Origin: Utricularia gibba
Taxonomy: Eukaryota; Plantae; Magnoliophyta
Length of the DNA: 64,000 bases
Direction of reading: 5' to 3'
NCBI GenBank assembly: GCA_002189035.1
Contig: CM007990.1
Coordinates: 434,001-498,000 of the forward strand
The position numbers and the translations under genes are program-made. How positions within the stretch are numbered: position 1 is the stretch's first letter; each line of letters starts with the position of its first letter. Positions 24,440 to 37,000 of this stretch are shown piece by piece. The notes below the pieces were generated by a model that did no database searches, was not told where the DNA came from, and saw nothing but the letters and a program-made list of their open reading frames with translations.

Positions 24440-25321
24440 CGAACAACACACTGGCAAGCCTGCTCTGGGAGCTCCCGATCAAGCCTGGAAGTCGAAGTTA
24501 AGCGGGGGGCATCTTGGGTTGAAGGACAGGCACCCAGGTATGCCTTGCCACTCCACTTTCATCATCACCCATTCTTTGACTCGTAGGCGGATCCTGAATC
24601 CAAAACCTGCTCTCTGTCACCTCTCTGCGTTAAACAAGTTGTTCCCTGTTTATTACTTACTATTTTGATGATTACCACTTGTAACCACAATTTCCAACCC
24701 CCAAACAGTAGCTTGCATTCACAATAATGCGACTAGGTACATGAGATGCATGCCCCTCCATCACCCAAGCTCCCTTATATGAATATTTATTGGGAGTCGT
24801 CAGTAAATAGAATTAAATATGAGTGTGATACTTACATAAAAGAAAAGCATTGGTCCCAGTTTGTAAGGTATGTCTGTTTTCTTTTGTTTTCTTTTCTGTC
24901 TGTCTGTCTTTCTGTTTGTGCTGGTGTGATGGAACGGTCCATCTCCATCTAATTCTTTTACTATTCATTTAGGATGATGATAATAATAAGTAGCAGCTCC
25001 ATGCATTCCATCGAAAGGTAAGTAGGATGAATAAATGCGGAGCGGAATCGCTGTCACCTACACCTGATGCTGCTGCTGTGCAGCGTTTTAGGTCATCTGT
25101 GTGTGTGTGGGTAGACAGATTCTTGTTTTCTTTACCTTCTTACCCTCCCGGAGGAGGGCCGGCCGGCCGGCCGGGTGAAAAGTATAGAATTACTTCCGTC
25201 GCCGTGCAATGAAAGGAAAAGGAGATCATTATTGCAACAGGGATGGAAATGGAATGCGACTCAGTTGGGAGGACCCCCCCCCTCCCACGGAACAAAACAA
25301 CGAGAGGTCTCTGTTTAATGC

Positions 25322-25758
25322 CTACATTGCTTTTCTTGGTTTGGGGGTGGGGGGAGGGCGTACCGGTACCGGAGACGTGCCGCGGCGGCTGGGGGCGAGG
25401 GAGACCAGTAGATCGGCGAAGGCGGCGAGGACGAACTTGTGGGTGTCCTTAGTGTTCAGGGAGAGGTAGCACATCAGGAGGTGATGCAAGTAGTCCCACT
25501 TGACTTCCGCCCCCCTCCTCACCTCCACCATCTCCTGCATTGATCGCCGGAAGTCGACGTACGGGTCCGCCGAGTAGGTCGGCACCGCCACGCACCCGCC
25601 TCTCATATGCCCCCGCTCCCGGAGGAGTAGTCGACGATGGAGTTGGAGGAGCCGGGGGAAGAGAAGAAGAAGCGCTGAGACGCGATGGCCGACGCGATCG
25701 AGTCCCGTGTCGCCGTCTCCTCCTTGGGGCCATTTTCGTGACTCTCGGCCTCCCACAT
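25322..25758 (-). CDS. OVATE family protein (OFP12/16-like), -1 frameshift at 25610-25614; true start may lie further upstream
   Basis: AIASQRFFFSSPGSSNSI motif in one frame, and the OVATE domain VAVPTYSADPYVDFRRSMQEMV...LLMCYLSLN...FVLAAFADLL in the next. Confidence 0.9.
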
Positions 25759-27126
25759 TGATGAGAAACCAGAAGCAGAACAAGGAATTATTTGTAGTGC
25801 AACTGCCCACACGGACACGGATTTACTGTCCGGACGCCCGTGTCCATCATTTTTTTGAATTAAAAAAACAAAAAATCCCACCAAATTAAAATCAATTATT
25901 AATTCGTATTTAATAACAAAGTCGTTTGTTTTTGGATGAAACGTCAATTTGTGTGTGTGTTTGGAATGGGATGGTTGGTTAGTTCCTTTTGTGGCGCGGC
26001 GGAATCGGCGCAGCCCCGTCGCGCATTTAAAGAAACCGGGGACCAGAAGATCGGTGACCACCGGCTCCCGGAATTCAATGAGCCGTCCGGTCGTCACCAA
26101 CCACCGCGAGCTCGCCACATAACTGACAAGGATCCGCCGCCTAACTCCTCATAACGGATTAACTAACCCCCACCCCAATTCCCAAGCATTCCCAATTTCC
26201 AGTTATTATTATTATTAATCGATTAAATGATATTGGAATTGGTTTACATAAAAATGATGTATTGAATGTGTGTGGGTTTAAAATTTTGTAATCTAATTTA
26301 TATCTATAGATAAATTGATTTTGAATAATATGATATAAAATATATTATCAAAATATTCATAAATTTTCATATCCTGTAACTATAGTACATCATGCATCGT
26401 TGAGGGTAAGGTTGCAAATGAGTTGAGTCGGGCCGAACAATCATAATATGGGCCTACAATATTGGGCTACCCGTGTAATAATCATAATATGGGCCGGGCC
26501 GAAATAAGCAATTTTGGACCCTATTTTATATCTTGAATTTCTATTTTATTATAAATATTTTTCAAAAAAGAAAAACAAATCCATACTCAAATTGGACCTT
26601 TTTCTAATAATAAATAGACCTTGATTTGATCACTCGCATTCATTATTAAAGTAAAAAGAAAAAAATTGAGGATGGACCGGACCATCGTGCCCACATGTCT
26701 CTACAATAACATTTGATCATGTCCGAGCATCTTTTTTTTCTTTCTCTTTTTTGTTTCTCAACATATCATTTCGAAAAATGAGACGTGTTATGTATTTTGA
26801 AGTTACGATCAAATTATGTAAAATAGAATCAGTTTTGAAATTATAAAACTTTGGTATAGAATAATATATAGTTATATTACAAAATTTAATAAAATGATAA
26901 GACATGATCACTAACAAAAATGGATTGGATGGGACTGAATCTGCACAACATGGCCATCAAATTGTCACACTCCTCCCTATTACATCCACTGCCTGAATTC
27001 ACCCTTCTCCTCTGTTTGAATTGCAGGGGAGGAGATAAAGTAGAACAGCTTGAGGTGGCAGTGACAATGGGGGATCTTAATCTGATGATTTTATTTATTT
27101 GTTCTAACATGGGGAGACAACACACC

Positions 27127-27946
27127 TCAGGGTTCTTCAATCTTCATCCCTTCTGAATGAATCATTTCTTGGAACCGGCATTCTTCGCTGCAGAAGGGTT
27201 TCTGCTCGCTGTGATTCCCAGAAGGGGGATTTCAGAATCATGGAGTTTTCAAAATGAAAGAAGAGGGCAAGGTAGGTGTACCTATGGGGGTTAGGCTTCT
27301 CCTTGTCGTCGTCTTTGAGGAGCTCTTTGCAGTGGCCACAGAAACCCTGCGTTGGACAATCGATTATGATGTCCTTCTCCTGTGGGTGATCGTCATCATC
27401 GCTGTTCTCCACGATGTAATCGTCGAAAATGTGGGTGGTTTTGGGGTGGGGACCGTGGGTGATGACGCAAGTGTAATCCTCATAAAGCTCCATTTCCTTG
27501 AGAGACAGGTGCCTGATGAGATCTCTTGATCTGGGAAAGGAGCTGCAGAGCTGGGAGCTCTTCGTCTTGGTTCCAAATTCAGACGGTGGAGACGGCGTGT
27601 TGGTTGCCGGAAACTGGATCCTCGGCTTTGATCCAAGCAGCGCCATTCTGCTGACTGGTTTCGAGGGAAAGTTCCCATCATCGCCTGTGTCTTCTTCAAC
27701 AATGGAGTAAATCAGAGCCAACCCGATTGCTTCTGTAGGCTTTTTGGGAACCGGGTGTTGGTTTTGTGAAGATGGGGTGGAAGATTTGGAGAAGCCAGTG
27801 TCGTGAAAGGCGAAAGGGTTGGTAGAAATGGACGAATTCTTGGTTTCAAGAACTGAAACTGGACTGCAGACAACGGTTTCTGAACACTCTGAAAGCTTTT
27901 TGCTGATGAACTTGGGGGATGTTAGAAATGGAGGCTGATCAGCCAT
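27127..27946 (-). CDS. FCS-like zinc finger protein (FLZ8/MARD1-like, DUF581), 2 exons
   Basis: SPVSVLETK, EAIGLAL, SEFGTKTKSSQL and MELYEDYTCVITHGPHPKTTHIFDD, then after the intron CGHC...KPFCSEECRFQEM. Stop TGA is at 27127-27129. Confidence 0.92.
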
Positions 27947-28870
27947 CAAAAGCTTCTTTCCTGAATCCCAGCTACGGATCTCGTTTGGTAATATACTACA
28001 ACCAGTTAGCTAATTCACCCTTCCCCCAGCCGTAAAAAAGACAACAGTAAAAAAACCCAACAATCATCCAAACAAAAAACTCCAAAAAACACCCAACGGT
28101 TATCAATCAAAAGATGGTCTTCTTTTCTCAAAGCCCACGATGTAAAAGATAACAGCGAAAAGCAGAAAGCTCGAACTTCAAATCCCTACTCGTAACTATC
28201 ACAGTGTCACGCAGAAAGAACAAATCCTTCACATTTCCCTTCCCAAATTCCCGGGTTTTTCAACAGATCTGAGCCGCAGCCTCATTACAAGATCCAAGTA
28301 ACAGAGCTCCCGCATTTCGATGACTCAACCGAAGGCCGTGGAGAGGAAGAGATCGCCGGAGACGAGAACCATCGACGGGCTCCGCTGCTTTTAAAGAGGA
28401 GAGCACGCGAAATTGCTAAAATTATTTAAAAAAATAAACGTTAATTTTTACTGCAATCTGAAAAATATTAATAAAAAGAAAAATCCAAAAGGGTAATTTC
28501 GTCATTCTACAAGAACCGTGAATGGCGATGGACCCCACCCTGGTTCAATGATTGTGTTATGTGGTGGGGAATATTTTATATATTATGCATTTTATTTAAT
28601 TTTATTACAGCAATTTTAGTGAACTGTAAGAAGTGAACAGGCACCGTGAAACGAAAATATCTGACTGGCGTTTTCCCCTGTGGGGCCACACCGTTGAGTG
28701 ACGTCATTTCCCACGTCACAGTCCGATTCGAGTTGACCTCTTGTGGGCCGGGTTTTCTGATGGGTACACATTATTTCGGTATTTTCTTCGTAATTCGAAA
28801 TATATATTTTTATTTTTATCAAAATTTCTCTATGAAACAGGAACATGAAGAAATGCAACGAGCGCTTTCC

Positions 28871-29474
28871 TCAGAATCCCATCCATCGAGAACCCATTAG
28901 AGCGGCGATCACAAGGATGCCGCCGGCAGTTGCAAAGGCTCCTCCGGTTGCCCTTCCGCCGGAACCTGGACGGAGACTCACATCATCATCAGGTTTCATA
29001 CGAAAAAGGATAAATTAAACTTACCTGTATGGGGAGTTCCCGGTGGCGGAGGAGTGCTATTGGCGGAAGGTGCAGTGGGTGGGGAGACTTCCGGCGCACC
29101 AAAAACTCATCATTTTAGCAACAGGACATGATAGTGGAAGAAGCATGGTGAAGTAATCTGTGGGGGTACGTACCGTCTTTGCAGAGGCTAACAGGCGGCG
29201 TCTGGATGTTGCATGCGGTTGGCAGCGACAACGCCTTAGTTTGGTCGCCGGAAGCACCGCCGCTGTTGAGCAGGGTGCATAGGCACGTCGCCTGATTACT
29301 GATGACGGAGGAGAGGTTGGAGCAGCAAGATGGGGAAGGGGTGGAAGAGGTGCCGGTGACGAAGTCGATGCACGGCGTTAGGCTCGTCAGCACGTCCGCG
29401 CATGGATCCTGAGTCTGAGCGGCAACTGTGCCCAATACGATCACTAAAAACGCCGCCGCGAGCTTCACCGCCAT
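28871..29474 (-). CDS. GPI-anchored non-specific lipid-transfer protein (LTPG), 3 exons
   Basis: Signal peptide, 8-Cys motif (C..C..CC..CLC..C..C), Pro/Thr-rich exon 2 (APEVSPPTAPSANSTPPPPGTP) and hydrophobic tail GAFATAGGILVIAALMGSRWMGF. Confidence 0.92.
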
Positions 29475-29819
29475 TCCTGTAATGAAGAAGTTGAAGGACT
29501 GCAATAAGACGACAACTTTATGGGGATTAAATAGTGATACTGAAGTGAAAATGTCGTCTCCTTCCTTGGCCTAACTCCGTACGATATCCTGCCACTTCCC
29601 CCTGCCGGATGGTATCAAATGGTGTTAAAATTCATTGAACCAGAAAAACCCTATTTGATTTTTTCTTTTTTTCTGTAGGTCACACGGGGAACCATCTCAC
29701 ACCCATATTTATGCGTCCGACTTTATCGACGGTGGATATTGCAAAGCTTTAACAGCCATCGATAACTTAGAGAAGGGAGAAACGCCCGGAAGGCCATTCA
29801 GACGTCGGCATTCTTGTTC

Positions 29820-29827
29820 TATATAAA
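29820..29827 (+). promoter_or_regulatory. TATA box of the Ole e 6-like gene
   Basis: TATATAAA about 40 nt upstream of ATG 29865. Confidence 0.6.
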
Positions 29828-29864
29828 CAGATCCGAGCTACTGAACGAGACACCACGAACAACA

Positions 29865-30160
29865 ATGGAAGTGAAAACCAAAGCCGTGTTCTTTCTCCTC
29901 TGCACGGTGGCGCTAGCGGCGGCGCTCGTCACTGCGCACGACGGCGACGTCCACACCCCAGCCTTCGAATTCGACGCTTGCTACGACGACTGCAAGAAGA
30001 AGTGCGCTGAAGAAGGCAATCACGACGTCGTCTGTGGGTTCAAATGCGACACCCAGTGCGCCGTCAAACGTATGATCATAGTTAATTACTAAATTACCCT
30101 TCTCTTTATTAAAATCTCACACTCCAGACCGTATGTTTTGCAGGTGTTTTTGGACATTGA
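29865..30160 (+). CDS. Small secreted Cys-rich protein, pollen allergen Ole e 6-like, 2 exons
   Basis: Signal peptide followed by FDACYDDCKKKCAEEGNHDVVCGFKCDTQCAVK|RVFGH, the CxxxCxxxC-x9-CxxxCxxxC pattern of Ole e 6. Confidence 0.85.
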
Positions 30161-30433
30161 TCAGCACACACGAACGCGTACTCGTTACTACAGTCCCCCA
30201 TGTCTGGCATGATGTCTCCCCACGTGCTCCCCATTAAATTCGCATTTTATTAATAAAGACTATACAATAATTTAATTAATACATATTGTAATTATTAACA
30301 CACTTAAATTAAGAAACGTAAACAAATCTGTATAATACCGGAAAAATCTTAGCGCCAAGGTATACCACTGCCTACCAAAAGTAGAGCAAAACCAGGGTAG
30401 TTCAACGTACCAGTGGCTGCGGGATCCCCCAAA

Positions 30434-32297
30434 CTAAGAAGGGGAAGAAGAAGCTCTGGTGCGGGTGAGGGCTTCATATATTCCTCTGATAGTGTGGGGA
30501 GTTGTTCTGCAGCAGCCTCCTACGAGGGATGCGCCTGCTTCGCACCATTTGTTCACGTACGAAACGAAATCTTCATCGGAGACACCGGTGTTTTGCTGAG
30601 AGAGGAAGAGGGAGAGGGAGAGATCATGAGTGGGAGGGAGTGAAACTTACAGAGTGTTGTTAAGAGTCTGGTTTCTCACTCACCACCCATTCCTTTCGAT
30701 CCGGGTCATAGCTCTCGCCACTATTGGGGTAAATGAGTATTGGTTTAGATGTAACCTGATAGAGATTTGGTATCAGTGTGGAGGGGAGAGGATGCAGGGA
30801 ATGTGTTAATGAGTTGGAGATGACAGAATGCTTACCTCTGCGATGGCCCTGATCAGATGCCTGATGAACCTAGGTGGAGTGCAGTTTATTCCAACGGCGA
30901 CTATGTTGTTGGATGATTCAGCAACATTGATGCAGCTCAGCAGAGAATCACCACTCACCACGTTGACTCCATCTTTGGAATTGAAAGAGAGCCATGCAGG
31001 GAGATTGAGTTTTTCTTCCTCCAGCAGCTGAGCAAACGCCTGGTGCAATAACACAGCATTGTAATATTCTATCTGCTGGAAGCATCTGATCATGAAGGGA
31101 TATAATGCACATGTTTTGCAAGAAGATATTTGCAGCACTTCAAAATTTTTAATAGAATTTTCTGACGGCTTCCCAATAGAATGCCCATACCTGAGCTTCC
31201 AGTCTGTTAGGTACTGTTTCGAAGGCTATAAGATCAGGACCCGCATCCGCAAGAACCTTGACCCTTCGCCGGTGAAACTTTTTAAGGAACTCAAGATCCA
31301 CGGCATCTCCATAATCACCACTGCATGTAAATTGATGCTAAGTCTAAACTTTTCCAGGAGATAGGGAGTTCAGGATTAATTTCAAGTTCGAATGAATAAC
31401 TATAACCATCAAAAGAGATCATAAATGATGGGAATTTGTGTCACAGTACCTGTATTCAGAGCCATCAGCAAGGTACGCCCCATAACTTCCAACGGATGCT
31501 GCAACTAATATCTGCCGCTGCTTGTATATCTTACCATCATTATCCTGACCAGCCCCGTTTTCAAGGCACTTGCTATGGTACAGATCCCGTGCCTCGAGAG
31601 CAATTTCAACACTTTTTCTTAGCAAGTTCTCACCCTCTTCGGTAGAATAGCCTTTATTCTCAAACCCCTGTATGGTAGCCTATGCACATTGAAGAACATG
31701 GAGTTTCAGAAACAATGTTCACATAGTGAAGGACAAAAATAACCCAAAGAGAACGAACAATGTACCTGATAAGAGGCAGTTAAGATGATGTCCGCCCCAG
31801 CCTCAAGGTAATCGAGGTGCACCTGTTAGTTAAATCGGATTAAAAAATGAAGCTCACAGCTCCAAAGCACTACATTTCACCCAGTCCACATAAAGAACAT
31901 CAATCCCTAATCAATTCTCTATCTGGAAAATAGAGAATTCACAAAAAACTTGCAATGATGGCGGGAGAAACGTTAATAGACTATGCTGACAACACGAAGA
32001 ACATCAAGTCCTAATTAATTAAATCAACATACAAGTAACCAGCTCAAAAAGAACTAAAACTTGTTACGCCAGCCCATCCTCTACACATTTCACAGACGGC
32101 TTATCGAGAGATAACCAAAACCATACAGCACGAATGAGGTGAGGCGAGGTGAGTAGGCATTTCGCACTCCACAGAGGATCGTTAAGATCAGCTCCGTGTC
32201 TTTCGAGCTCCGTCGCGAGTCCACCGTCGATGACCGCGAAACCGCCGCACTGGCGGAGGAAATCCGTCATAAACCTCTCCGCAATGCCCGTCGACAT
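30434..32297 (-). CDS. HMT: Homocysteine S-methyltransferase (HMT2/3-like), 7 exons
   Basis: [75 protein letters not shown] and GGCCRTTP. Confidence 0.96.
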
Positions 32298-32379
32298 GTC
32301 CAACCGTTCTCTTTTCACTTGCCCGCGGATTGGCAGATTCTAGCGGCAGCCATCGACGCCTCCGGGCCTGAACATAATC

Positions 32380-32454
32380 TGGGCCCAAACATAAACCTTC
32401 AATGCTGCACATTGGGCCTCATTCTTCCAGACCCAAATAACTCCAATGGGCCCA
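32380..32454. promoter_or_regulatory. Cluster of site II (TGGGCY) elements upstream of HMT
   Basis: TGGGCC at 32380, 32413 and 32447, two of them within palindromic TGGGCCCA, 80-160 nt upstream of the HMT ATG. Confidence 0.6.
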
Positions 32455-33549
32455 TTTATTTCTTCCTCTTTTTCTCAATATTTTATATTTTTTTCCCTTT
32501 TAGATCAAATTGAATATTTTTTTTTCCTATAAATTAGTTTTCAGTCCATAATTAAATTATCTAATGATATAATAAGATGGCTGGGGTTTTGAGGACCATT
32601 AAAACCATTTTATTTTTTTTATATTTTAAAATTGTGTTTTGTACGGACATTGATGAGGGACACAAGGTCCACTTTGTAGTTAATTAATTATAGTTTGAAA
32701 ATAAAAAATGAAAAAGACAAGACAGCCAAAACCAGCATTTGATTGGTCCACGTGTACGATTGGGGTCCCGACATCTAATCCAATTATTGGAGAAGATAGA
32801 CACCTCTTTTTTATCCACCTACTTCACCTCTTTGTTTATCACGCGATAATCAGAAATTAAAAATTAAAAATTAAAAATATTGATGTGGGACCCACGGAAA
32901 CCTGGATTATACCGTGCGTGCAGACTCTACTCAACTTTTGGAGTGTGAGTTTCCCAAAATGCCCTCGTCTTGCGTCTCCAGTTGACCATTTGACGACTCT
33001 TCCTCCTGCGTGGAGGCCTGGCATTGGATCTTGCCAAGAAACACGTTTGGTTTGGTTTGGAGGGCGGTGGCTGGTGGCTGGGTGGGAGTAATGAATGGTG
33101 TGTAGTTGTCAACTTTTCTTGGGTTTCAATTGCCGCCCTTTGTCCCAACCACGGCATTGGGTCACTGGGGGACCATTGCCGTTGCCACCATTTCACCCTC
33201 AACAGTTTTCATGTGAAAAAAAAATGGAAGTTTTTCTTGCAACTCCTGGTTAGAGAGGGAGAGAGAGAGGCGTTGATGGTGCGACAAAATTAAGGGGATA
33301 AAAAGGGAGACCGAAAGGAGTTGTACAAGTTTGCCTTTTTCTTCCTTGTTACAGGGAATCTCCCCTAATGAAATTCTTCCCAGTGCCCATTTATCGCGGG
33401 TTGCATTTAGTTCGTCTCCCTCGAGTATTTCGCCGGTTGTCTTAATGTTTCTTGGTGAGGCAGCCATGTGGGGTGTTAATGTGGTTAATTGTTGTGGGAG
33501 AAGTGGAGTTTGATTGGTTGGTGAGTTTGTATTTAGTGGAACTTTGGTT

Positions 33550-33640
33550 GATGATCGTGGGGTTGATTTTGTGATTTTGATACCCAACTCGATGATCGTG
33601 GGTTGATTTTGTGATTTTGATACCCAACTCGATGATCGTG
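33550..33640. repeat. Tandem duplication of a 41/40-bp unit (2.25 copies) upstream of NET1
   Basis: gatgatcgtg(g)ggttgattttgtgattttgatacccaactc at 33550 and 33591, plus a partial copy at 33631. Confidence 0.95.
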
Positions 33641-34008
33641 TTCCTATTTCATTTTTAGTTTCCGGGGTGTTGATTCTTCCTACAGATAGGGCTGTTGAAT
33701 TATTCCAGCAACTTGGATAAGAAGGCAAGCGGAAATCAAGGTAATCGACTGAAGAAAAGTTTCCTTCATTGCTTGTTGAATACGATCTGGACTGCTGCAT
33801 TTGTTTTGAATGCTGAATGAAGGAGAATTTTACTGGATTGATCATGATAATCCTTTATTCATTTGTTCTATAGCATTATCTCTTTCATTTGGGCATGAAG
33901 ATTGTAATGAAAACAACTTCCATAAGTTAGAATGTAATAGCTTTGCAGTTACCTACAGTTACCAATGGCTTATCCCTCTTCGTGCCAGCTGCTTATAATA
34001 CGGAAAGG

Positions 34009-37000
34009 ATGGCAAAGTTTTCAAATGCCGACAACAGGAGAATGTACTCCTGGTGGTGGGATAGTCATATTAGCCCCAAGAACTCGAAGTGGCTTAAGGA
34101 GAATCTCACAGGTCCTTCCTTGTAGTCATATTATCAAGTTTACAGTGTACTGCACCATAATGTAATAAATTATCTGAACCTTTGTCTCCACGGTGGAGAA
34201 AGACAGTGCTGAAAAGCTTCTGTCTTGCACTGTTTTTTATGCTGTTATCCTTGATGCAAATGAGGTTTTTGAGAAGTTTCAGCTGTGCTTGTCCCTTTTC
34301 TCATGTAGATATGGATTCCAAAGTCAAATCGATGATAAAGCTCATTGAAGAAGATGCAGATTCATTTGCCAGGAGAGCAGAGATGTACTACAAAAAGCGG
34401 CCGGAGCTTATGAAATTGGTGGAAGAGTTTTACAGGGCGTATCGAGCATTGGCTGAAAGGTATGATCATGCAACCGGAGTTATCCGGCATGCCCACCGCA
34501 CTATGGCGGAAGCCTTTCCGAACCAAATGCCGGCAATGTTTGCTGATGATTCACCAGTAGGTTCTGCTGATAGTAGAACCTCTGATTCATCTACCCCAGT
34601 AAGTTTTCTTTGAAACAAGATTATTCCTGTTTCTTGATTCTTCTCATTACTTCCTTTTTTGTTCGCTAATGATCCTGACCTCGAACAGAACAGGGAGTTT
34701 ACGGATGATTCTGAATCGGTTGGCCGTAGAAAATCTTTTACACGTTTTAGGGATGAGTTCTTGCCTGTTGATCAGGCAAGGAGAGAGCTTCATTTTGATG
34801 AGATGGAGGAGAAAGAAGACAGCACCCACAGCAATAGGAGGAAGGATCATGACTCTGAGGAGATTATGGCTTTAAAGGAATCCATTGCTAAGCTTGAAGC
34901 TGAGAAAGAAGCTGGCCTTTCTCAGTATCAGCAAAGTTTGGATAGATTATCTGATCTCGAAAAGGAGATGGCCCAGATCAAGGGAAGTTTTGAAGTTCTT
35001 TCTGATCAAGCTAAGAAAGCTGAATCTGAAATCACTATCTTGAACAAGAAACTGACTGAAGTTGAAGCTGAAAAGGAATCTCATCTTCAAAACTACCAGC
35101 AATCTGTGGAGAAGATATCCAAGCTTCAAGAGCATGCTTGGGAACTTGATAAACGAGCCGAATCAGCTAATAGCGAAGCCCAGTCTTTGAGAAGTGAACT
35201 TGAGAAACTGGGATTGGAGAAGGATGCTGCTCTCAATCAGTATATGCAATCGTTGGATCTGAGATCGACACTGGAGAACAAGTTGCAGCTCACTGAAGAA
35301 GATTCTAAGAAGTTGAAAGAGAGAGCAGAGAAAGCGGAGAGTGAAATTCAAGTTCTCAGAGAAACTGTTGCCAAGTTGACTCAAGAAAAGGAAACTGCAG
35401 CTCAGAGATACCAACAGTGCTTGGATACAATCGCCACATTGGAGGAGAAGTTGAAGATTGCTCAGGAAGAGGCGAAGAAACTCAGTTTTGAGGTTACTAG
35501 CAGAGACACAAAGCTGAAGGGAGCTGAAGAACAGTTTTCCCTGTTGGAAAAGTCAAACCAGTCTCTTCATATGGAACTGGAGGCTTTGATGGTAAAAATG
35601 GGAACTCAAAGTCACGAGCTTACAGAGAAGCAGAAGGAGCTTGGAACGCTTTGGGCTCGCATACAGGAAGAAAGACTACGGTTTGTTGAGGCTGAAACGG
35701 CTTTCCAGACTTTGCAGCAGTTGCATGCACAAACTCAGGAAGAGCTTCGAGTTATGGCTTCTGATCTGCAGCACAGGGTTCAGAATATGAAGGCCATGGA
35801 GGCCGAGAAGCAAAGTTTGCAGGATGAATTCTCCGAGATTAAAAAGGAGAACAAGCACCTGGAGCAGCTAAATGCCTCTTTCGAATTGTCGATTAAGGAT
35901 ATGAAGGAGGAGATGTCAAGCTTGGTAGAATCAAAACAGAAACTCAAGGATGAGCTTGAGCTGAGATTTGACCAGAAAAATGCATTACAGCAAGAAATAT
36001 ATTGCCTGAAAGAAAATTTGAATGACTTGAACAAGAAGCATATAGGGATTATGGACCAGGTACATGCTGTTGGCTTGACTGCAGAGTCCTTGGAATCCTC
36101 AGTGAAGGAGTTGAAGAGCGATAATACTCGTCTGCAACAAACTTTGCAGATTGAAAGTAGAGAGAAATCAGCACTGCTCTCAAGGCTGGAAATTCTAGAC
36201 CAGCTCTTTGAGAAAAACTCTCTTCTGGAGAACTCACTAGCTGATTTGAATGCTGAATTAGAAGCTGCCAGGGGGGAGATCAAGAGGTTGGAAGAGTCTT
36301 TCCAGTCCTTGTTAAATGAAAAATCCACTATTCTCGAAGAGAAATCTAGCCTTGCTGTGCAGCTAGAGGAAACAAACAGGAATTTTGAAAAACTTTCGCA
36401 GCATAATGCAGTTTTGGAAAACTCCCTTTCTGATGTGCAGAATCAACTTGAAGTTTTAATGTCCAAGTCTAATATCTTGGAAGATTCACATCAGTTACTT
36501 GTAAATGAGAAAGCTTTGCTAAAGATTGATAATGATGGTCTAAGTGTTCAGTTGGAGGTTATTCAAGGGAAATTGGACGATCTTATGAAACTCTATGGAG
36601 AACTAGAAAAGAGAAATTTCGCACTTGAGAAAGAGAAGGAAGAAAATCTTAGTAATATAGGAGAGTTGCAGTTGTCTTTGGAGGTGGAGAGGCGGGAGCA
36701 TGTTAACGATGTTTATGTAAGTCAAACAAAGTTTAGCGAACTCAAAACCGAGATGGATCATTGGCAGGAAGAATGCAGAAGAAGAGAAGCAGAACTTGAT
36801 CAGATGATGGGTATTGCCTTAAATAATGACATTGAAATACTTGTTCTCGGCATAACTGGCCAGGACTTGATCGAAAGAAACCACTTTCTCCGCAGTGAGA
36901 ATGTTAAACTTTCAGAAGAATCACTTCTACTAGGAAGGAAGATCTCACACTTAGAAGCAAATTATTTGAAGCAACAAGATGATAAAAAGGTTCTGATTGA

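Noticed and set aside
24538-24586. Possible 3' UTR intron of the TIC-like gene that would trigger NMD
   Set aside because: At 49 nt it is below the usual plant minimum, and the gene's true stop is uncertain.
26439-26500. Direct repeat aatcataatatgggcc (x2) with site II motifs
   Set aside because: Common promoter-type motifs that cannot be tied to a specific start site. A simple local duplication explains it.
31270-31295. Apparent frameshift in HMT exon 4
   Set aside because: A recount gives CTT AAA AAG TTT CAC (LKKFHRRR), so the frame is intact.
33162-33845. 227-aa minus-strand ORF upstream of NET1
   Set aside because: Low-complexity T/G-rich leader or intron sequence containing the 40-bp tandem repeat, with no motif. 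Most likely antisense noise.
35780-36328. 182-aa minus-strand ORF, and similar antisense ORFs over FAF, SEC24, FORKED-like and PPR
   Set aside because: Shadow ORFs opposite well-supported coding exons.
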